IMG/VR virus record: IMGVR_UViG_3300031963_004653
Span: 1 to 5,648 of that record
Length of the DNA stretch: 5,648 bases
Source: a virus
Reading direction: 5' to 3' (one strand)
Part shown: piece after piece, positions 1-3,195 of the stretch
Numbering within the stretch: position 1 is the first letter of the stretch
Layout: every line of letters starts with the position of its first letter
The notes under the pieces: generated by a model
The model's input: the letters and a program-made list of their open reading frames with translations, nothing else
The model's database searches: none
What the model was told of the DNA's origin: nothing
Position numbers and translations under genes: made by a program

Positions 1-2
1 GT

Positions 3-509
3 CCTCAGTACATTATTGATGACAACTACTTAGAGAAAAGAAGTACTAATGGGCACATGGGGCAAAGAGCTGTAGAGAAGTTTTTAGGTATAGAATTTAC
101 AGACCCTGATACTTCATATGATATAAAAAAGAATATCCCTGATTTATTACCTGCAGGATTACATATTGGAGTAAAGACGCATAGAGTAGCTAATCCTCCA
201 ATGCTTGATTTTATACCGGATCAAGTATATGAGAAGCTTGATCCTGAAAAACAAAAGAAAGCTCGTTATCCTCAGATTATTGTAACAAAGGACAATAACT
301 GTGAAAAGACCTTTTATATACTTGGTGTTTATGCTCCTAAAGTTCTTTGGCATCAAGACTATGTAGATAAAGGTCTGATATATGATGATAAACTTTTAGA
401 GAAGGGAACTAAGATTCCTTTTATTGGTGTACATAAACGTATACCATTTAAAAACAAGGAAGAACTAGTTTCTATTATAGGTCCTACATGGACTTCTACT
501 GTAAGGTGA
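3..509 (+). CDS. Hypothetical protein, 5'-partial (gene probably starts upstream of the window)
   Basis: The frame of the listed 57..509 ORF stays open back to nt 3 (PQYIIDDNYLEKRSTNGH precedes the listed Met), so ATG 57 is probably internal. Stop is TGA 507-509. It is on the same strand as, and packed against, the downstream genes. I recognise no family by eye. A weak nuclease-like pattern (E in AVEKFL, D in SYDIKK, IGVKT) is not convincing. Confidence 0.6.
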   Translation, partial: PQYIIDDNYLEKRSTNGHMGQRAVEKFLGIEFTDPDTSYDIKKNIPDLLPAGLHIGVKTHRVANPPMLDFIPDQVYEKLDPEKQKKARYPQIIVTKDNNCEKTFYILGVYAPKVLWHQDYVDKGLIYDDKLLEKGTKIPFIGVHKRIPFKNKEELVSIIGPTWTSTVR

Positions 510-589
510 CGAAACTGGCAGACGTGCCTCCCTGTCTCGGAGGTGGATAGGGTTTCTTATCCTTGGAGGTTCAAATCCTCCCCTTACAG
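500..589 (+). tRNA. Class II (long variable arm) tRNA with anticodon loop CTGTCTC, nominal anticodon GUC (Asp); isotype unresolved
   Basis: Hand-folded cloverleaf. Acceptor 500-506 TGTAAGG pairs with 582-588 CCTTACA (7 Watson-Crick pairs). U8 is T507. D stem 509-511 ACG / 523-525 CGT, with an 11-nt D loop AAACTGGCAGA containing GG. Anticodon stem 527-531 CCTCC / 539-543 GGAGG, with 7-nt loop 532-538 C-T-GTC-T-C. Variable arm 544-564 is 21 nt, with stem 545-551 / 556-562 (one G.T pair) and loop GTTT. T stem 565-569 GGAGG / 577-581 CCTCC, with T loop TTCAAAT. Discriminator is G589. No CCA is encoded (590-592 is CAA). Confidence 0.75.
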
Positions 590-598
590 CAAAAATAC

Positions 599-672
599 CG
601 CGGGGTGGTGTAACGGTAGCACACTGGGCTCATAACCCAGGAATCCTAGTTCAACTCTAGGCTCCGCAACCA
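599..672 (+). tRNA. Initiator tRNA-fMet (anticodon CAU) with genomically encoded 3' CCA
   Basis: Acceptor 599-605 CGCGGGG pairs with 662-668 CTCCGCA, giving the bacterial-initiator C1.A72 mismatch. D stem 608-611 / 619-622. Anticodon stem 624-628 CTGGG / 636-640 CCCAG has three consecutive G:C pairs next to the loop. Loop 629-635 is CTCATAA, with anticodon CAT at 631-633. T arm is 645-649 CCTAG, TTCAACT, 657-661 CTAGG. A73 is nt 669 and CCA is 670-672. The 5' CGCGGGGTGG, GGGCTCATAACCC and CGCAACCA segments match E. coli tRNA-fMet as I remember it. Confidence 0.92.
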
Positions 673-677
673 CATTA

Positions 678-685
678 AATTAATT
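678..685. promoter_or_regulatory. Palindromic AATTAATT at -11..-4 of the ATG at 689 (candidate SD-independent initiation or operator element)
   Basis: The same octamer occurs at the same offset upstream of the portal ATG. I found only these two copies in the window by eye. Confidence 0.25.
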
Positions 686-688
686 CTT

Positions 689-907
689 ATGGAAAACAAA
701 GACTATGCCCTTTACAACTATGTGTTTCACTACAATGCTCATAATAAAAACTGGGCAGCTATTCCTAGAGAACTTTATAATGACTATTGGAGTGACTCTA
801 CTAAACCTGGTATTCTAAGAAGTAAGTCTATTGATACTTTGATAGAAATCTTACACAAAACAGGTGGAGACAAAAAGAAAATAAGCAAGCTAGTTGGAGA
901 AAAATAA
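689..907 (+). CDS. Small hypothetical protein (72 aa); by position a candidate TerL partner or small-terminase-like factor, function not established
   Basis: ATG 689 lies 16 nt after the tRNA CCA and is preceded by an AT-rich leader with AATTAATT at -11..-4. TAA stop is at 905-907. It overlaps the TerL ORF by 14 nt. The basic C-terminal half (SKSIDTLIEILHKTGGDKKKISKLVGEK) could be helical and DNA-binding. No family recognised. Confidence 0.55.
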   Translation: MENKDYALYNYVFHYNAHNKNWAAIPRELYNDYWSDSTKPGILRSKSIDTLIEILHKTGGDKKKISKLVGEK

Positions 908-3101
908 ACCATATATAGAAGTACCAACCTATGAAAATGGGCAGTGGGATCTAACTACTTTTTACTCAAGAGAAGAGTTCAGAGACTATTTGGTTAAGTT
1001 ATTTAAAGAGCCTGGTCAATATGGTTTTGATGAAAGCAGTCAGATATTTAATGCTGAAGCTAGAAAATACCAACAACAAGGTTTTTACTGCCCAGCCCCT
1101 GTAAAAACTAAAGACTTTATTAATTACTGGGATGACCAGAAAATGAAGTGTAAGTCAGGCATTATTGTAAAAAATAACGGTAATGCATGGTATATCAGTC
1201 GGGATTATTACATGTGGCTAAACTTTCTTCCTATCTATGATAAAGAAGAAAAACGTTTTGACTTTGCAAAAGTCAGAGATGCTCAGTATCATATGGCTTT
1301 GTATGAACAACTAGCCGAGCTACACTATAAACACTCCGCTATTTTAAAGAAACGTCAGATAGCCTCATCGTATTTCCATGCAGCTAAGTTGATCAACATG
1401 TTTTGGTTTGAAAGCGGTGCCGTTCTTAAGATGGGAGCAAGTCTTAAAGATTATATTTCAGAGAAAGGTACTTGGCGTATGCTTACTGAATACCGTACAT
1501 TTCTAAACGAGCATACTGCTTGGTACAGACCATCTGATCCAGATAAAGTATTTTCCTGGCAGCAGCGTATTAAGGTTCGTATTAGTGGACGAGATACTTA
1601 CAAGGGTAATAAATCTATTATTACTGGAACCTCTTTTGAAAAAGACCCAACAAATGGTGTCGGTGGTCCGTGTACTTACTTCTTTCACGAGGAGGCTGGT
1701 ATTGCTCCAAAGATGGATCAGACCTATGAGTATATGAGACCAGCCATGCAGAGTGGTATGATTACTACAGGTATGTTTATTGCTGCAGGCTCAGTGGGTG
1801 ATTTAGAAGCCTGTGAACCTTTGAAGCTAATGGTACTTCAACCAGAAGCTAATGATATCTATGCAGTAGATTCAAATCTTATAGACAAAGAAGGAACTAT
1901 AGGAAAGACTGGATTATTTATTCCTGAGCAGTGGAGCATGCCACCATTTATAGATCAGTATGGTAACTCTAAAGTAGAAGAAGCTCTTGCCGCAATAGTT
2001 GAAGAGAGGATAAGGTGGAAGAGAGATCTTACTCCTGAGCAGTATCAGTTAAGGATATCACAGAAACCAACAAACATAGAGGAAGCTTTTGCCACAAGAA
2101 AAGAATCGGTATTTCCTCCTCACCTTGTATCCAAACAGATTCAACGTATTCAGGATAAAGAATACTCAGTAGAATACTTAGATCTTTCTAGAAACGCAGA
2201 AGGTAAGATTATAGATAAGCCTTCAAGGAAGATTCCAATCATGGAGTTTCCTATATCTAAAAAGACAGAAGACAAAGAAGGAGTTATTTGTGTGTATGAA
2301 AGACCTGTAAAAGATCCTACGTTTGGGATGTACTATGCCGCTGTTGACCCTGTAGGAGAAGGTAAGACTACAACTTCTGAATCACTTTGTGCCATCTATA
2401 TCTACAAAAACCCGGTGGAAGTTATAAAAGATGAGGGCAACGGAAAGGTTACTAACACTATTGAGCGGGATAAGATTGTAGCCTCTTGGTGTGGCAGGTT
2501 TGATGACCTGAACAAGACGCATGAACGTCTGGAGCTAATGATTGAGTGGTACAACGCCTGGACCGTAGTGGAAAACAACGTAGCCTTGTTTATTCAGTAC
2601 ATGATTAGTAAGAAGAAACAGCGTTACCTGGTACCAAAGGATATGATCCTGTTCCTAAAAGACATCGGGGCTAACCGGAACGTATTCCAAGAATACGGGT
2701 GGAAGAACGTGGGTACACTTTTTAAGGGCACGATCTTGTCTTACGGGATAGAGTTTCTAAAAGAGGAACTTGACCATGAAACCAAAGCTGACGGAGAGAT
2801 TGTAAAGACCTTCTACGGAGTAGAGCGTATTCCTGATATCATGCTTCTAAAAGAGATGCAGGCTTACCAGGACGGAATAAACGTAGACCGGCTGGTAGCT
2901 TTTTGCTCCTTGGTTGCGTTTGCTAAGGTCCAACAATCTAACCGTGGGTTGGCTAAACGTGTAGAGGTTACAGAACAAAAGTTGGATAACTCCCAGAAAT
3001 TTAGTAAATTAAATTGGAGCCCCTTTAGACATTTAGGTGGCTCTAAAGGTGCTAGTTCTGGTATGAAAGCTCCCAGAAACCCCTTTAAAAATATAAGATG
3101 A
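894..3101 (+). CDS. terL: Terminase large subunit (ATPase plus RNase H-like nuclease); start codon uncertain (TTG)
   Basis: 735-aa ORF whose motif order and spacing match T4 gp17-type TerL. Adenine-binding-like VRDAQYH comes first. RQ of the Walker A region follows (LKKRQIASS, nt 1344-1370). Walker B-like TYFFHEE is at nt 1674-1694 and a motif III-like AAGS lies about 30 aa later. Nuclease acidic motifs are AAVDPVGEG (GAC 2346-2348), TVVENN (GAA 2571-2573) and INVDRLVAF (GAC 2886-2888). It sits immediately upstream of a portal-sized gene. Confidence 0.9.
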   Translation: MEKNKPYIEVPTYENGQWDLTTFYSREEFRDYLVKLFKEPGQYGFDESSQIFNAEARKYQQQGFYCPAPVKTKDFINYWDDQKMKCKSGIIVKNNGNAWYISRDYYMWLNFLPIYDKEEKRFDFAKVRDAQYHMALYEQLAELHYKHSAILKKRQIASSYFHAAKLINMFWFESGAVLKMGASLKDYISEKGTWRMLTEYRTFLNEHTAWYRPSDPDKVFSWQQRIKVRISGRDTYKGNKSIITGTSFEKDPTNGVGGPCTYFFHEEAGIAPKMDQTYEYMRPAMQSGMITTGMFIAAGSVGDLEACEPLKLMVLQPEANDIYAVDSNLIDKEGTIGKTGLFIPEQWSMPPFIDQYGNSKVEEALAAIVEERIRWKRDLTPEQYQLRISQKPTNIEEAFATRKESVFPPHLVSKQIQRIQDKEYSVEYLDLSRNAEGKIIDKPSRKIPIMEFPISKKTEDKEGVICVYERPVKDPTFGMYYAAVDPVGEGKTTTSESLCAIYIYKNPVEVIKDEGNGKVTNTIERDKIVASWCGRFDDLNKTHERLELMIEWYNAWTVVENNVALFIQYMISKKKQRYLVPKDMILFLKDIGANRNVFQEYGWKNVGTLFKGTILSYGIEFLKEELDHETKADGEIVKTFYGVERIPDIMLLKEMQAYQDGINVDRLVAFCSLVAFAKVQQSNRGLAKRVEVTEQKLDNSQKFSKLNWSPFRHLGGSKGASSGMKAPRNPFKNIR

Positions 3102-3190
3102 TCAGTTATAGCATACTTCCTGAACAAATAGTGTTTCAATCTACCAATACGTATGGGGTAGAAATAGTCTATAAATACGTAACTAATTAA
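3098..3190 (+). CDS. Possible 30-codon mini-ORF translationally coupled to TerL (MISYSILPEQIVFQSTNTYGVEIVYKYVTN)
   Basis: Its ATG 3098-3100 overlaps the TerL TGA 3099-3101 (ATGA arrangement). TAA at 3188-3190 lies 5 nt before the portal ATG, so the ORF fills almost the whole 94-nt spacer. It is too short for the supplied track. There is no homology evidence. Confidence 0.25.
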   Translation: MISYSILPEQIVFQSTNTYGVEIVYKYVTN

Positions 3191-3192
3191 TT
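3185..3192. promoter_or_regulatory. Palindromic AATTAATT at -11..-4 of the portal ATG at 3196
   Basis: Second copy of the octamer seen at 678-685, with the same 3-nt gap to the ATG. No Shine-Dalgarno-like purine tract is present at either start. Confidence 0.25.
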
Positions 3193-3195
3193 ATC

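Noticed and set aside
159-356. 65-aa minus-strand ORF
   Set aside because: It lies entirely antisense within the longer + strand ORF 3..509. The product is low-complexity and hydrophobic, as is typical for the antisense strand of AT-rich coding DNA, and it has no independent signals.
499-590. Selenocysteine-like or allo-tRNA reading of the first tRNA, since C499:G589 could extend the acceptor stem to 8 bp and G526.T544 could extend the anticodon stem to 6 bp
   Set aside because: The D arm has a 3-bp stem with an 11-nt loop, not the 6-bp/4-nt Sec type. The anticodon is not UCA. An 8-bp acceptor would leave C590 as discriminator. The standard 7/5 class II fold explains everything, so the extra pair is probably fortuitous. 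A covariance model should confirm this.
500-672. The tRNA pair as an attP or integration scar
   Set aside because: Both tRNAs are full-length with intact cloverleaves rather than 3' fragments. No integrase or direct-repeat boundary is visible in the window. This cannot be evaluated further without flanking sequence.
896-907. -1 programmed frameshift on the A-run GAAAAAT linking the 72-aa ORF to TerL
   Set aside because: TerL is in the +1 frame (equivalently -2) relative to the upstream ORF, so a -1 slip lands in the wrong frame. The sequence is also not an X_XXY_YYZ heptamer in the upstream frame. Only a +1 event is geometrically possible, and that is reported as a finding.
1503-1688. 61-aa minus-strand ORF
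   Set aside because: It is embedded antisense in the TerL ATPase domain, whose + strand reading carries recognisable motifs. It is spurious.
1902-1910. GKT tripeptides elsewhere in TerL (TIGKTG at nt 1902-1910 and GEGKTT just after the DPVGEG nuclease motif, about nt 2358-2369) as alternative Walker A sites
   Set aside because: Both lie downstream of the Walker B-like motif. One is inside the nuclease domain, and neither has the GxxxxGK[ST] spacing. Their order is incompatible with the ASCE ATPase fold.
2864-3139. 91-aa minus-strand ORF spanning the TerL 3' end and the spacer
   Set aside because: Most of it is antisense to the well-supported TerL C-terminus. It has no start context or downstream partner on the minus strand, and the whole window is otherwise co-directional.
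3141-3161. Possible intrinsic terminator hairpin between TerL and portal (CTACC ... GGTAG around the ATACGTAT palindrome)
   Set aside because: The outer stem is only 5 bp. The inner palindrome cannot form a loop of usable size, and no T-tract follows. It is too weak to call a terminator.
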